The notes: generated by a model not told the origin, from the sequence alone. Numbered from the stretch's first letter, positions 38,043 through 47,242 are shown. The stretch is 54,386 nucleotides of DNA from a virus (IMGVR_UViG_3300018914_000003:1-54386), one strand, 5' to 3'. Program-made: numbers and translations.

Positions 38043-38387
38043 TTATTTTACTGTTAATTCCTGACCCCTCAAAGCGAAATAAAGGTTTTGGAGCTGGTGG
38101 ACACTTTTTATGAATACTCTTCCCTGTTCTTGTATAATGTAGAAGTCTTTATCGCTAGTATGAATACATAAACCATCAGTCCAATATTTAGCATCTTGAT
38201 AATTAAAACCAAACTTCAAAAGCCATTCCTCTGATAATTCGATGGGTTCAATCTCCCATGCTGTGTTTTTAAAAAATTCTTCATCTTCATTTTCTGCATA
38301 AAAGGATTCTTGATTTATCTCTGAAACACGTAACTTAATAGTTCCTAATTTCAAATAGTTCCCAATTCTTAATTCTGTTCGCTTCAT
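38043..38387 (-). CDS. Conserved phage protein
   Basis: ELRIGN...PIELSEEWLLKFGF...VHQLQNLYF motif. Confidence 0.8.
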   Translation of the reverse strand: MKRTELRIGNYLKLGTIKLRVSEINQESFYAENEDEEFFKNTAWEIEPIELSEEWLLKFGFNYQDAKYWTDGLCIHTSDKDFYIIQEQGRVFIKSVHQLQNLYFALRGQELTVK

Positions 38388-38392
38388 AAGTG

Positions 38393-38563
38393 TTAATTTT
38401 GTGAATTAGTTTTCAAATACTGGATTATAGCTATCATAACAATTAAATATATAATTGATAAAACAAATAAGAACCAGTCAAATTGAATAAATAAACTTTT
38501 AATAATGACTGGTAACCCAATTGACATTCCAATCAATAAAATAGCTGGTATTAAATATTTCAT
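38393..38563 (-). CDS. Small 2-TM membrane protein (56 aa, not in track)
   Basis: MKYLIPAILLIG...; fills the gap. Confidence 0.55.
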   Translation of the reverse strand: MKYLIPAILLIGMSIGLPVIIKSLFIQFDWFLFVLSIIYLIVMIAIIQYLKTNSQN

Positions 38564-38575
38564 CGTCTTTTGTTT

Positions 38576-38887
38576 TTAAAATGGCAGATCATCATCTTCA
38601 TCTTGAAAATCACTTGCAGTCGCTTCTTTAACTTTTGGACTATGTAGCTTTAGATTTCCAATATATGGTGCTTTCTCTCCGGTTTCTCTCGCTTCTTTCT
38701 TTAATTGGAGCTGAACACCTGCAACATTACCGTATTGGTCCTCTTCATCATTAACCCAGACATTAATTCCGACTGAACGGAAAGTTTCACCATTTTGCCT
38801 GGTCACTATTGAGGTATTTATTTTCCCGGTTTTAATTTGGTTCAGCAACTCATCATAGTTGATTGATCCGTAAAATAGTTTTGACAT
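38576..38887 (-). CDS. SSB-like protein
   Basis: C-terminal DEDDDLPF; DQYGN and PYIGN motifs. Confidence 0.7.
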   Translation of the reverse strand: MSKLFYGSINYDELLNQIKTGKINTSIVTRQNGETFRSVGINVWVNDEEDQYGNVAGVQLQLKKEARETGEKAPYIGNLKLHSPKVKEATASDFQDEDDDLPF

Positions 38888-38914
38888 TGTTATATATTAT
38901 TTTTAGGTTTAATA

Positions 38915-39121
38915 CTAAATTTCTTTTTCAATCCGAGTATAGATCATCTTCCATTCATCAGATAGCTGCATAATTTCAGCATCTTCTGAAATAGCATTCA
39001 AAACATCTTGCTCATTCATGTATCTTTTATGAAATTCAATCATTGTTTTCTCATATTCTTTAGAAACGACAATTAATTTTTTAAGGTCATTTTTTAAATC
39101 TTCTTTAAATCCAGTTTTCAT
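38915..39121 (-). CDS. Hypothetical protein
   Basis: ORF in co-oriented cluster. Confidence 0.6.
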   Translation of the reverse strand: MKTGFKEDLKNDLKKLIVVSKEYEKTMIEFHKRYMNEQDVLNAISEDAEIMQLSDEWKMIYTRIEKEI

Positions 39122-39183
39122 TGCTCCTTATTTAAATTTAGGTTTCAAATTCTTTTTTCCGTTGGGTAGTAAGCCGTATTTCT

Positions 39184-39480
39184 TCATCGGGAATTGTATA
39201 TTTCGTTTGCTAATTCAATTCCTTTACCCATAGCTAAATTTCTATCCTGAACTAAATTAATATCAGTTCTTAATTGATCATCCGTATTAATTTCAACTAT
39301 AAACTGCTTTATATTTCTTACATACCCAATTACAACATGTATTCCTACTGAATCCAACCATTCAAGGATTAATGAAGCTTTAAATTTATCCGACAAAGAA
39401 TTAAATCCACCTTCGGGAAGAATAATAATTTCATCCTTCATCCATTTTTCATAATCTTTCTGTGCTTTTCCTGTTAACAT
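39184..39480 (-). CDS. Hypothetical phage protein
   Basis: MLTGKA start; EWLDSVGI. Confidence 0.65.
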   Translation of the reverse strand: MLTGKAQKDYEKWMKDEIIILPEGGFNSLSDKFKASLILEWLDSVGIHVVIGYVRNIKQFIVEINTDDQLRTDINLVQDRNLAMGKGIELANEIYNSR

Positions 39481-39647
39481 ATTTTTCTGCGTTTTATTTC
39501 GCCACACTTTATACATTCTTGAACATAGATGTCATATTCAGGAAGTTCGCCAGAGTACATTGTATAAACTCTTATTTTTTTAATGATTTTCCATTTATGT
39601 TGGCATGAGTAAAATAGAAAATCCCATAATTCTTTTAACATAAGCAT
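39474..39647 (-). CDS. Small zinc-ribbon protein (57 aa, not in track)
   Basis: CQHKW...CIKCG. Confidence 0.65.
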   Translation of the reverse strand: MLMLKELWDFLFYSCQHKWKIIKKIRVYTMYSGELPEYDIYVQECIKCGEIKRRKIC

Positions 39648-39653
39648 TTTGTT

Positions 39654-39839
39654 TTATAGTTGCTTGTCTAAATGTTTGTAAGGTTTACCCTCAATACATA
39701 ATTCAAGTTTCTCTTTTGCAACTGCTTCGGTATGACCTTTCATAGAAATTTGCATTTCTCTTTTACCTTCGTACAATGTAGTTTTAGCAACAAATACATT
39801 TCTGCAAATTTTCTCAACTGTTATTTCCTTTGCTTTCAT
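39654..39839 (-). CDS. Hypothetical protein
   Basis: ORF in cluster. Confidence 0.6.
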   Translation of the reverse strand: MKAKEITVEKICRNVFVAKTTLYEGKREMQISMKGHTEAVAKEKLELCIEGKPYKHLDKQL

Positions 39840-40005
39840 TAGAATTTTGTTTTGATTGTAAGTAAAATAAATTAATAATTACAATAAGGGCCAAAACGGC
39901 AGCAATCCAATACATTTTTTCGCAGTAAAACAATCCTGCCATAAAAGAATTAATACTTACTGTCAACGGTCTTATGTTAGAACAAATTTTAAATATTGTG
40001 TTCAT
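39814..40005 (-). CDS. Small membrane protein
   Basis: Hydrophobic segments. Confidence 0.55.
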   Translation of the reverse strand: MNTIFKICSNIRPLTVSINSFMAGLFYCEKMYWIAAVLALIVIINLFYLQSKQNSNESKGNNS

Positions 40006-40115
40006 TTGTTTTTATTTTTATGTCTATAAATATCTGAAATTGTGTCACAGACTGTGTATATTATTAAAAACACCACAATAGCAACTACTGATATTGTAAA
40101 CTCATTCCATATCAT
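40002..40115 (-). CDS. Single-TM peptide (37 aa, not in track)
   Basis: ATGA overlap with the next gene. Confidence 0.45.
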   Translation of the reverse strand: MIWNEFTISVVAIVVFLIIYTVCDTISDIYRHKNKNK

Positions 40116-40117
40116 AT

Positions 40118-40543
40118 TTAAAAGTTTAAGGGTTTAAATTCATTTTCGTTGTGCTGGCGTACGAATACTTTCCCATCTTCAAACCTGTAAAAGCAGGGTT
40201 CTTTCACCTTTTTCTTCGGGGTAATCATGCTATAAAAACCACCTTCTGAAACTTCAACTATTTTATGAACTGTATTTGCTAAAACAAAATGAGACTGACC
40301 TGCTCTCCTTTCAAAAACCTGCCACTCTAAGGTATCCAAATTATAAACCTTTTCGATATACCAACCATGAATAATATAGCTTATAAAACTAAATGGATGA
40401 TCGTGCGGGTCACCTCGATCAAAATCAGTAAAATGATGTAAGACTGCATAAATAGGTTTACCGTCTTTGTCTGTAAGTCCGTCAATGTGATATTTGTCAA
40501 AGAAATCACACATTGGTTCGTGTCTGAATGTTAGGTTTTTCAT
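40118..40543 (-). CDS. Cupin-like protein
   Basis: LHHF...PHDHPF...GWYIE...HKIV. Confidence 0.75.
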   Translation of the reverse strand: MKNLTFRHEPMCDFFDKYHIDGLTDKDGKPIYAVLHHFTDFDRGDPHDHPFSFISYIIHGWYIEKVYNLDTLEWQVFERRAGQSHFVLANTVHKIVEVSEGGFYSMITPKKKVKEPCFYRFEDGKVFVRQHNENEFKPLNF

Positions 40544-40797
40544 AGTAACAAAATGTTTTCTTTATTTATTATTGAATCTTTATCTAATTCAACCCATCCT
40601 TCGTAATACATGCCTTCTTCATAATTTAACATTGAATTCTCGAAAGCTTTATCCAAAGAAGCTGCGCAACATTCTTTTGCGTATTGTTTTATAGCATTCA
40701 ATGTCTGGTCGTCTATAGCATAAGCACGTACTCGCTTATTATTCCAATCGAAGAAAGTTTCTTCTTGCCCTCCTAATAACTCTTCTAATCTGCTCAT
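40540..40797 (-). CDS. Hypothetical protein
   Basis: ORF in cluster. Confidence 0.65.
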   Translation of the reverse strand: MSRLEELLGGQEETFFDWNNKRVRAYAIDDQTLNAIKQYAKECCAASLDKAFENSMLNYEEGMYYEGWVELDKDSIINKENILLL

Positions 40798-40800
40798 AGT

Positions 40801-41289
40801 TTATTTGTTTAAAGTTTCTTTCTTTATAAATTCTGATTCTTCCAAATTGAAAACATTAAAATGCCATTCAATTAACTTCATAACAACACAATATTCTACT
40901 TTACTATCAATTAGTTTTATTGACTTGAAATGCCCATAATTAATATATTCGTCAAACATTGGTGCGTTAGGAAAAATTGATCTTAGTTCATTAATCACAT
41001 TAAACCTTTCCCCTTTATGCTCTATTTCTTTGGTTAGCATGTCCATGCTCCATAATAGTGGCTTTACTTCATTGTATTTAAAACCATACCCTATCGCTGG
41101 TCTTATTTTATTATTGATACCAGGCTTCCACTCCAATGTCTTTTCATCCCAATTAGTTGATGCCCATAAAGGGTACTCTTTTTCTAACTCTATTCCAGTA
41201 AGTTGATACCTTTCATTATTTGAGATAAATTTCAACTCATACGGTAAATAGGCTGAGTAAATCCTAAGTAGTTCTTCTTTTGTTTTCAT
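40801..41289 (-). CDS. Hypothetical phage protein
   Basis: AYLPYELK...VKPLL...WHFNVF. Confidence 0.7.
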   Translation of the reverse strand: MKTKEELLRIYSAYLPYELKFISNNERYQLTGIELEKEYPLWASTNWDEKTLEWKPGINNKIRPAIGYGFKYNEVKPLLWSMDMLTKEIEHKGERFNVINELRSIFPNAPMFDEYINYGHFKSIKLIDSKVEYCVVMKLIEWHFNVFNLEESEFIKKETLNK

Positions 41290-41492
41290 TACATTAATTT
41301 TTCAAGTTCTTGTTTTACTTCCTGCCAATAATTTATTTCTCCCATTAAATCATTTCCATATAAATCAAAGGCATTTAGTATCTCTTCAACAGCAATTAAC
41401 GCCATACCTTTACATGCGTCTATCGCATATCCATAAGTAAATGGTTTAAATCTTTGAGCCAATTTAAAGGCTTTCTCTTTAGGTGTTTCCAT
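41289..41492 (-). CDS. Hypothetical phage protein
   Basis: TPKEKA...ALIAVEEI...YWQEVKQE. Confidence 0.7.
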   Translation of the reverse strand: METPKEKAFKLAQRFKPFTYGYAIDACKGMALIAVEEILNAFDLYGNDLMGEINYWQEVKQELEKLM

Positions 41493-41494
41493 TT

Positions 41495-41995
41495 TTAAAC
41501 TATTTCAAATATTAAACTTTTATCTGGGTTGAAGGTTTTAGCTTCTGCTTCTTGCCATTTTTTAAAAGCCTTATAATACTCATCTTCTCCTTCTTCATAC
41601 ATCCATCCGCTATCTTCCTCTGGGTGCCCTGAAGCATACCAACCATAATCGGACATTTTAGGTTCACCTAACGAATTTTGACCCCAAAACCAACCTTGTG
41701 CTTCAATAGCTGAAATGAAAGATTCTAAGGCAGTTTTACACCATCTATCAACTACACTTTTACTGTTGTAGTTTTGGTAATGTTGATTGTTCATTACTTT
41801 TTCAACCAATCCTTTTGCAATCTCTTCGTTTAATTCAGAGCCTTTACAGATGAGTTTTGCTTTACCTTTTATAGCTATAAATTTTTTATCTTCAATGACA
41901 CCAGTATTAAAACCTGGCTGAACATCGATTATTTTTTCTATCTCTCCTTCCACGATAAGGAGTCTTTTGTTTGTTTGAATTTCTAAGGTTTTCAT
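41495..41995 (-). CDS. Hypothetical protein
   Basis: 166 aa ORF in cluster. Confidence 0.7.
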   Translation of the reverse strand: MKTLEIQTNKRLLIVEGEIEKIIDVQPGFNTGVIEDKKFIAIKGKAKLICKGSELNEEIAKGLVEKVMNNQHYQNYNSKSVVDRWCKTALESFISAIEAQGWFWGQNSLGEPKMSDYGWYASGHPEEDSGWMYEEGEDEYYKAFKKWQEAEAKTFNPDKSLIFEIV

Positions 41996-42429
41996 AATCC
42001 TATTTTCTTTATTGCTGATTCCGTGAGTTCTATATCAAAATCATTATTTAACAGTGCTTTTTCTATGGATATTAATTTATTTTTTTCAATAAATAAACCA
42101 TATCCTAAATAATGATTTAATTCCCAAAACTGCTCACATTCTCCCACATATTCAAAACCTTTGAACAGAACATTTTCTTTTGCTTGATTCCACTCTTTAA
42201 ATAAATCAGTTGTGTTTATTAAATCCGTGCTTTTTATTGGTGTATAAATTCCGTTTCTAAACCAACAAGCCACGAACATTCCTAATTTCAAAGGCTGTTT
42301 TAAAAAATCAGTGTAATTATAAATAAGTTCTAGTTTGAAGTTGTCAAAAAATGGATCATATTCTTTTTTACCATTGTTTTTTATATGCAGAACAAAGTCT
42401 GTCATTGGGATTAATTTAAAGTCTTTCAT
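41992..42429 (-). CDS. Hypothetical protein
   Basis: 145 aa ORF in cluster. Confidence 0.7.
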   Translation of the reverse strand: MKDFKLIPMTDFVLHIKNNGKKEYDPFFDNFKLELIYNYTDFLKQPLKLGMFVACWFRNGIYTPIKSTDLINTTDLFKEWNQAKENVLFKGFEYVGECEQFWELNHYLGYGLFIEKNKLISIEKALLNNDFDIELTESAIKKIGL

Positions 42430-42456
42430 GCTTTCTGAATATTTAATTATTAATAA

Positions 42457-42663
42457 TTATGTCTTAAGGTTATTATCTAATTCAAAGGTTCCTTTTTTAA
42501 TACGTCTTAATAATCCTGATTTAACCATTCTTGAAAGTATACCGCCTGGATGTTTACAGCCGTTTATAAAGTAATCACTGCCTATTAATCTAACAGCTTC
42601 TTTTATGGTTACTTTATTGTTTTTTTTAACATACTCAAATATTATTCTCTCTTTATTTTTCAT
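42457..42663 (-). CDS. Small winged-helix protein
   Basis: ILSRMVKSGLLRRIKKGTF. Confidence 0.65.
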   Translation of the reverse strand: MKNKERIIFEYVKKNNKVTIKEAVRLIGSDYFINGCKHPGGILSRMVKSGLLRRIKKGTFELDNNLKT

Positions 42664-42761
42664 TAGTTCAAGCATATTGTGAAACCGATTAAGTCTCTTG
42701 TTAATAAAATTCTTTGACGTGTGTAAACTAGATAAATATACCCTGTTGTAAATTCTTTCAT
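42663..42761 (-). CDS. 32 aa peptide (not in track)
   Basis: MKEFTTGYIYL...TICLN*; TAATG coupled to the next gene. Confidence 0.4.
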   Translation of the reverse strand: MKEFTTGYIYLVYTRQRILLTRDLIGFTICLN

Positions 42762-42818
42762 AATCTTATATTTTTATTTTATTTAAATTCTGCACAAACG
42801 CTTTCACCGTAATTTCTA

Positions 42819-43181
42819 TCAGTTAAATTTTGAAGATGGATATTTAAATTTATTTTTGTCATATTGAACTGTTTTTAAAACAATATCATTTAATGCTTTC
42901 GTTGCACAATAAAACAAATCAATCATAGGTTTTTTTGATTCTATTGATCTCTCAATATTTAATCCAGCAAAAAAGGCTTGTCCTTTATATTCTACCCAAT
43001 CAAAAGAAAAAGGAACATTTTTAAATAACTTTGCAATTTTATCTAACTCTTGACTATTTTCCATTTTTTTATAATTAAGTTTCCTTTCTTCTCGATTCTT
43101 CTGGTAAACTTCCTTGAAGGCTTCCATCTTTTCTTTTAGACTTGATTCAGGTCGTAAAGGTTTGACCAGTGTTTTATCCAT
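42819..43181 (-). CDS. Hypothetical protein
   Basis: ORF downstream of the replication genes. Confidence 0.55.
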   Translation of the reverse strand: MDKTLVKPLRPESSLKEKMEAFKEVYQKNREERKLNYKKMENSQELDKIAKLFKNVPFSFDWVEYKGQAFFAGLNIERSIESKKPMIDLFYCATKALNDIVLKTVQYDKNKFKYPSSKFN

Positions 43182-44029
43182 TCCGTTTCGGTTTCTTCGT
43201 TTAATTTTAAGTGTAAGATGTACTGCTTTATGATTTCGTCCTGGAACTCTACATACACATCTTTTTTTATTACTTTCGGTAGTTGTGTCGATCCGGTAGC
43301 TGTTAATTTCCCTTCTGCGACTTCTGGTACAAAGTTTTTCAAGAATTCTTCCACGAACTGCAGCCGGATCTTATCACCTCTTTTTTTCTTTATGAGATCA
43401 TAGAAAAGTGGCGTTGCTAAAACTTTCCCGTCAGCATTGAACCTGTGATAATCTTTTTTAATATTTTCAAGACTCATTTTTTTAAGTTCGTCATCCGTTA
43501 CTTCTTTCGCAGGAGGTGCAAGAAATTTCTGTAATTCTCGTTTTCCGTTTGCGTATCTTGTATCCTGCTGCTTGAATATCTGATAAGCCTGTTCGACTTC
43601 TGAAAGATTAATCTGATTGATTTCACGGTAGATTTTTACTTTCTGTTCGTCTAAAACCAATTGACCTTTCATTGCCATTTCCAAAGCGAGTAAATATTCA
43701 CCCTCTGTCAGATCACATCTTCTGCCGAAATCTTTAACTTTATTTTTCGCAATATTGAAATCTGAAAATTGGTCATCGGTATCGTCATCTGAAAATTTCG
43801 GATCGATCGCTAATAAAACACGATTAGCAAATCTTTCAAGGGTTGCATTATCTGACCACTTCAACTTCGATTGTTGTATCTCCGCTTTGACCGTTTCCGG
43901 TAGACTGCTCACGAGCTTGTCGGGCAAGTATGGAAGAAGAGGAGACTTTCCCGGAAACTTTAGAACCTCCAAAGGTATTTCTGTTATGGCCTGTAAAGCC
44001 GTTGTTTGTGTTGCTATTTGATTGTCCAT
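43136..44029 (-). CDS. Hypothetical protein at the helicase-loader (lambda P) position
   Basis: Follows the initiator; no Walker motif seen. Confidence 0.55.
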   Translation of the reverse strand: MDNQIATQTTALQAITEIPLEVLKFPGKSPLLPYLPDKLVSSLPETVKAEIQQSKLKWSDNATLERFANRVLLAIDPKFSDDDTDDQFSDFNIAKNKVKDFGRRCDLTEGEYLLALEMAMKGQLVLDEQKVKIYREINQINLSEVEQAYQIFKQQDTRYANGKRELQKFLAPPAKEVTDDELKKMSLENIKKDYHRFNADGKVLATPLFYDLIKKKRGDKIRLQFVEEFLKNFVPEVAEGKLTATGSTQLPKVIKKDVYVEFQDEIIKQYILHLKLNEETETEWIKHWSNLYDLNQV

Positions 44030-44747
44030 AAATCGGTTTTAAGTGAGGTATTGTATTTCTTAGTTTGCTTTTCCATGAAAGAATCGGTTTTTTATGCCCG
44101 TCTTTCCATCCTGAATCTATCCAGCTTTGATATTTGGCTCGTATTGCGAATTCGTAGGGCGAAAAATCCACTTTTATATCATTTTGGTATATTTCTCTAG
44201 CACAGTTGACGAAAGTCTCTAAATCGGGCGTTTCTGACTTTTCTTTTTTTGGCGCAACTTTTTTTCTTTCTTCTACATCAGGAATTTTATCTTGTTGAAA
44301 AAGTTCTTCTGGAAATTCGCTTAATAAATTATTCTCTTTTGATTCTTTTTTTAAAAGAATACTGTTTAGTTTAGTTTTGTTTAGTTTATTAATAGGTTCG
44401 GACTGCGGTGCGGACTGCGGTTCGCTTTGTGGTTCGGACTGCGGTTCGCTTTGTGGTTCATATTGGACTGCAAATGATATTAAATTATAGATTGCAGACT
44501 GATTTCCTTTTCTCTCACGCCATTCAATACGTCCTGATTGTTTTAAAATATTTCGAGCTCTTTTAAAAGAAGAATTACTTAATCCAGACTTTAAACACAA
44601 TACCGATGAAGCCACTGTAAATTCTACTTTCCATCCTGCTTTATTATTTATATGCATTAATGCGTGCCATAAAGTAATTGCTGAATCTGAAACGGAATTT
44701 GTTTCGAGCCAATCATAAAATGAGTTTATTTCTTTGATATAATTCAT
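43848..44747 (-). CDS. Phage replication initiator
   Basis: N-terminal HTH (ARN.LKQ.G.I), QSEP repeat linker, GWKDG..KPI..WK C-terminal domain. Confidence 0.8.
   Translation of the reverse strand: MNYIKEINSFYDWLETNSVSDSAITLWHALMHINNKAGWKVEFTVASSVLCLKSGLSNSSFKRARNILKQSGRIEWRERKGNQSAIYNLISFAVQYEPQSEPQSEPQSEPQSAPQSEPINKLNKTKLNSILLKKESKENNLLSEFPEELFQQDKIPDVEERKKVAPKKEKSETPDLETFVNCAREIYQNDIKVDFSPYEFAIRAKYQSWIDSGWKDGHKKPILSWKSKLRNTIPHLKPIYGQSNSNTNNGFTGHNRNTFGGSKVSGKVSSSSILARQAREQSTGNGQSGDTTIEVEVVR
44364..44466. repeat. 12-bp tandem repeats plus GTTTA-rich tract inside the initiator gene (candidate ori)
   Basis: GGTTCGGACTGC/GGTTCGCTTTGT units x5-6, next to GTTTAGTTTAGTTTTGTTTAGTTTA. Confidence 0.6.
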
Positions 44748-44801
44748 GATTTTTATTCCAAATCTTTAATGTTACACGGGTATCTCACCCCTTTACTGTT
44801 T

Positions 44802-45071
44802 TTAAATAAATTCAATTTTCAGTTGTTTTGGTTTTACTCTTACATTTACAAGAATTTCCATAAAATCATTCAAACTTTTCTTTTTGGCATTACGCCAGTT
44901 CTCTGAATGTGGTAATCTTCTTGGAGCAGGATTTGAGGGCATTGAATATTTTTGGTCAATTATATAGCCTTGAAAAGCATCAAACAACTCCTCTCTATCT
45001 CTTTCTTCTTCCATCATTAACTGACCGTAATCAATACCCATTTTAAATATTTCCATAATATCAATTTCCAT
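44802..45071 (-). CDS. Hypothetical protein flanked by a 49-bp duplication
   Basis: 89 aa ORF; see findings. Confidence 0.65.
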   Translation of the reverse strand: MEIDIMEIFKMGIDYGQLMMEEERDREELFDAFQGYIIDQKYSMPSNPAPRRLPHSENWRNAKKKSLNDFMEILVNVRVKPKQLKIEFI

Positions 45072-45072
45072 A

Positions 45073-45237
45073 TTATTCTAAATCTTTAATGTTGCAGGGA
45101 AACCTAATTCCCTTACTATTTTCATACGTTACAGCGTTTCCGCTTACAGAGATGATCTTTACTTTCTCTCCTTTCTTTCCCCAGACATGCTGTTTATACT
45201 TGTTGTCTTTGTTTAGGGTTTTAATCTCGCCGATCAT
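45073..45237 (-). CDS. Small beta-rich protein (54 aa, not in track)
   Basis: MIGEIKTL...GEKVKIIS...GIRFPCNIKDLE*; ATGA overlap with the MTase stop. Confidence 0.7.
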   Translation of the reverse strand: MIGEIKTLNKDNKYKQHVWGKKGEKVKIISVSGNAVTYENSKGIRFPCNIKDLE

Positions 45238-46052
45238 GAATATTCGGTGAATAGATTTGTTTCGGCGTTATCCATTTCGGTTTTTGCAAATCCATACTGA
45301 TCAATGTCTTTTTTTCGCTGGATGGTTTTCTCAATCCAATCTTTTGCTTTAGGATAAAACTCTTTGTCAATTTCAAATCCGTATGCTTTACGGTTTAATT
45401 CGATTGCAGCAACTAAAGTGCTTCCGCTTCCGGCGCACGGATCAATAACAACCTCATTTTCGTCCGTGAATAATTCAATCAATCTCTTCAGTAGTCCTAC
45501 CGGCTTCTGTGTTGGGTGTAATTTTGGATAATTATTAATATCTTCATCTTCCACCCATTCGATGCAATTCATTACCATTTTGCCCTTATTGTTAAACTTC
45601 GGAAGCTTTTCACGGTACAGAAGTACACCATATTCACAATTACCAACAATTTTCATATTTGCCTTTAAAACCTGGGCAGAGAATTTCTTTCTAAAAATTA
45701 ACGGAATGTAATTGTTAAGGCCGTGCTTCTTTCCTAATTCTGCAACATCATACATTTGATTGAAGGCACAAAAGACAATCATTGCAGGCGCTTTGCCCTT
45801 TTCTTTCGGTTCCGGCTTCAGCATCTTTGAACAGAAATGCATAAATTCTGCAGGTTTGAAATTGTTATCCGTCATAAAGAAATCTTTCCCGGCTAATGCG
45901 CTTTCTCCATTTGCATTATCTCCGTCAGTGTACCAAGCCGGATTTGACGCGTATGCTTTATTTCCAAGATTGTAAGGAATATCAGCAATAATCAACTGCG
46001 CTTTCGGTAAGTGATATTGTTTATAATTTTGGTGATGATCTCTGTAAATCAT
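45234..46052 (-). CDS. Orphan N6A/N4C DNA methyltransferase (beta class)
   Basis: DIPY motif IV, HPTQKP, DPCAGSGST motif I. Confidence 0.92.
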   Translation of the reverse strand: MIYRDHHQNYKQYHLPKAQLIIADIPYNLGNKAYASNPAWYTDGDNANGESALAGKDFFMTDNNFKPAEFMHFCSKMLKPEPKEKGKAPAMIVFCAFNQMYDVAELGKKHGLNNYIPLIFRKKFSAQVLKANMKIVGNCEYGVLLYREKLPKFNNKGKMVMNCIEWVEDEDINNYPKLHPTQKPVGLLKRLIELFTDENEVVIDPCAGSGSTLVAAIELNRKAYGFEIDKEFYPKAKDWIEKTIQRKKDIDQYGFAKTEMDNAETNLFTEYS

Positions 46053-46078
46053 TGTTTGTTTTTAATTTGTTAGTCTAT

Positions 46079-46435
46079 CTAGGCATGAGATAATTTTGAT
46101 TTAAATCTGTCTAAGTCCGAAATCTTGAAATACTTCTTATTTCCGTGTCGTTTCAAAAAGGGAATTTTTGTTTTCGCCTGCCTACGGGAAAAAGTGTTGT
46201 AAGATAGATTCAGATATATTGCTGCATCTTTACTGTTGAGCATTCCGGCACTATCATCAATTTTATTTAATTCTCTTGAAAACTGGCTTTCTCCCTGCTT
46301 CAAGAAAACTGCTTTTCTCGGGATTGATTTTGCTTTTTCCAAAGCATGAAGCGCGTCTTCATGTGCTTTTTCCTTTGCGGTTCTCGAACCAACTTTATTT
46401 TCTTCGCTGGTAGAGGTTATGTCTTTTTTAGCCAT
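46079..46435 (-). CDS. Excisionase-type HTH DNA-binding protein
   Basis: LNSKDAAIYLNLS...IPF....K.YF..SDLD. Confidence 0.75.
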   Translation of the reverse strand: MAKKDITSTSEENKVGSRTAKEKAHEDALHALEKAKSIPRKAVFLKQGESQFSRELNKIDDSAGMLNSKDAAIYLNLSYNTFSRRQAKTKIPFLKRHGNKKYFKISDLDRFKSKLSHA

Positions 46436-46437
46436 GA

Positions 46438-46644
46438 TTATAATATTTCAATTGTTTTACTTGGTTTCGGAAGACTTAGGTAATAATCCATGTCGTATAT
46501 AAAACTCCCTCGTGTGCGTTCCATTTCTGATTTGGTGAGGACTTTGTGTAGTCGGGCAAAATACCAGGATCGGAAATTTTCGTGATCCTCTTTGTCGTAA
46601 ACTCTCGGTTTCCGGTTGGTTTGAGGATGATGTGTTATTGCCAT
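46438..46644 (-). CDS. Hypothetical phage protein
   Basis: Paralogue of 43..249. Confidence 0.75.
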   Translation of the reverse strand: MAITHHPQTNRKPRVYDKEDHENFRSWYFARLHKVLTKSEMERTRGSFIYDMDYYLSLPKPSKTIEIL

Positions 46645-46686
46645 TAGTTTTCATTTATTGTTTTTAGAATTTGATATTTGTATTCT

Positions 46687-46950
46687 TTAAGAATATATTT
46701 CAATGTTCTTTTTGTGAACTTCTGTTAAATATTCTTTTGTGAAAATATTTGCGTGTGCTTTCTCATGGCAGGTTCTACATAGTGCAATAAGGTTTTCAAT
46801 CTTATCCTGAAGATGCTTTGTTTTAGAACCGAATTCAGATCTTCTTTTGATGTGATGAATTTCGGTTGCTTGTTTATGGCATATTTCGCAATGGTAGAAC
46901 CCGGAATGAGAAGGGAAAAATTCAAGATAGACCTTTGTATGTTTCTCCAT
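46687..46950 (-). CDS. HNH endonuclease
   Basis: Paralogue of 292..555. Confidence 0.9.
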   Translation of the reverse strand: MEKHTKVYLEFFPSHSGFYHCEICHKQATEIHHIKRRSEFGSKTKHLQDKIENLIALCRTCHEKAHANIFTKEYLTEVHKKNIEIYS

Positions 46951-47242
46951 TTTGTTTCTGTTTGTTTTTAGGGTTTAAAGGATGGTTAAGGTTATCATGA
47001 ATTATTTTATGATCAGTATTGCAAACAGTTATCAACCATTTCAGATTTTCACTCTCTTTGCCTCTTATACTTTCATTATTGACATAATATGTTATATGAT
47101 GAACCTCTAACCTAACCTTTGAACCGCAAATTCTGCATTGATGTCCGTCCCTTATTTTCACTTTTCGTTTTGCTTCATCCCATTGGGGATCACTTTTTAA
47201 CGAATTAAGATATTTGCTGGGTCTTCCCTTTATTTTTCCCAT
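46922..47242 (-). CDS. HNH endonuclease
   Basis: Paralogue of 539..847; start taken from copy A. Confidence 0.88.
   Translation of the reverse strand: MGKIKGRPSKYLNSLKSDPQWDEAKRKVKIRDGHQCRICGSKVRLEVHHITYYVNNESIRGKESENLKWLITVCNTDHKIIHDNLNHPLNPKNKQKQNGETYKGLS

Noticed and set aside
44395-44466. CRISPR-like repeat array
   Set aside because: Contiguous 12-bp in-frame coding repeats with no spacers and no cas genes
45234-46052. Restriction-modification system
   Set aside because: No cognate restriction endonuclease adjacent; orphan phage methyltransferases are common
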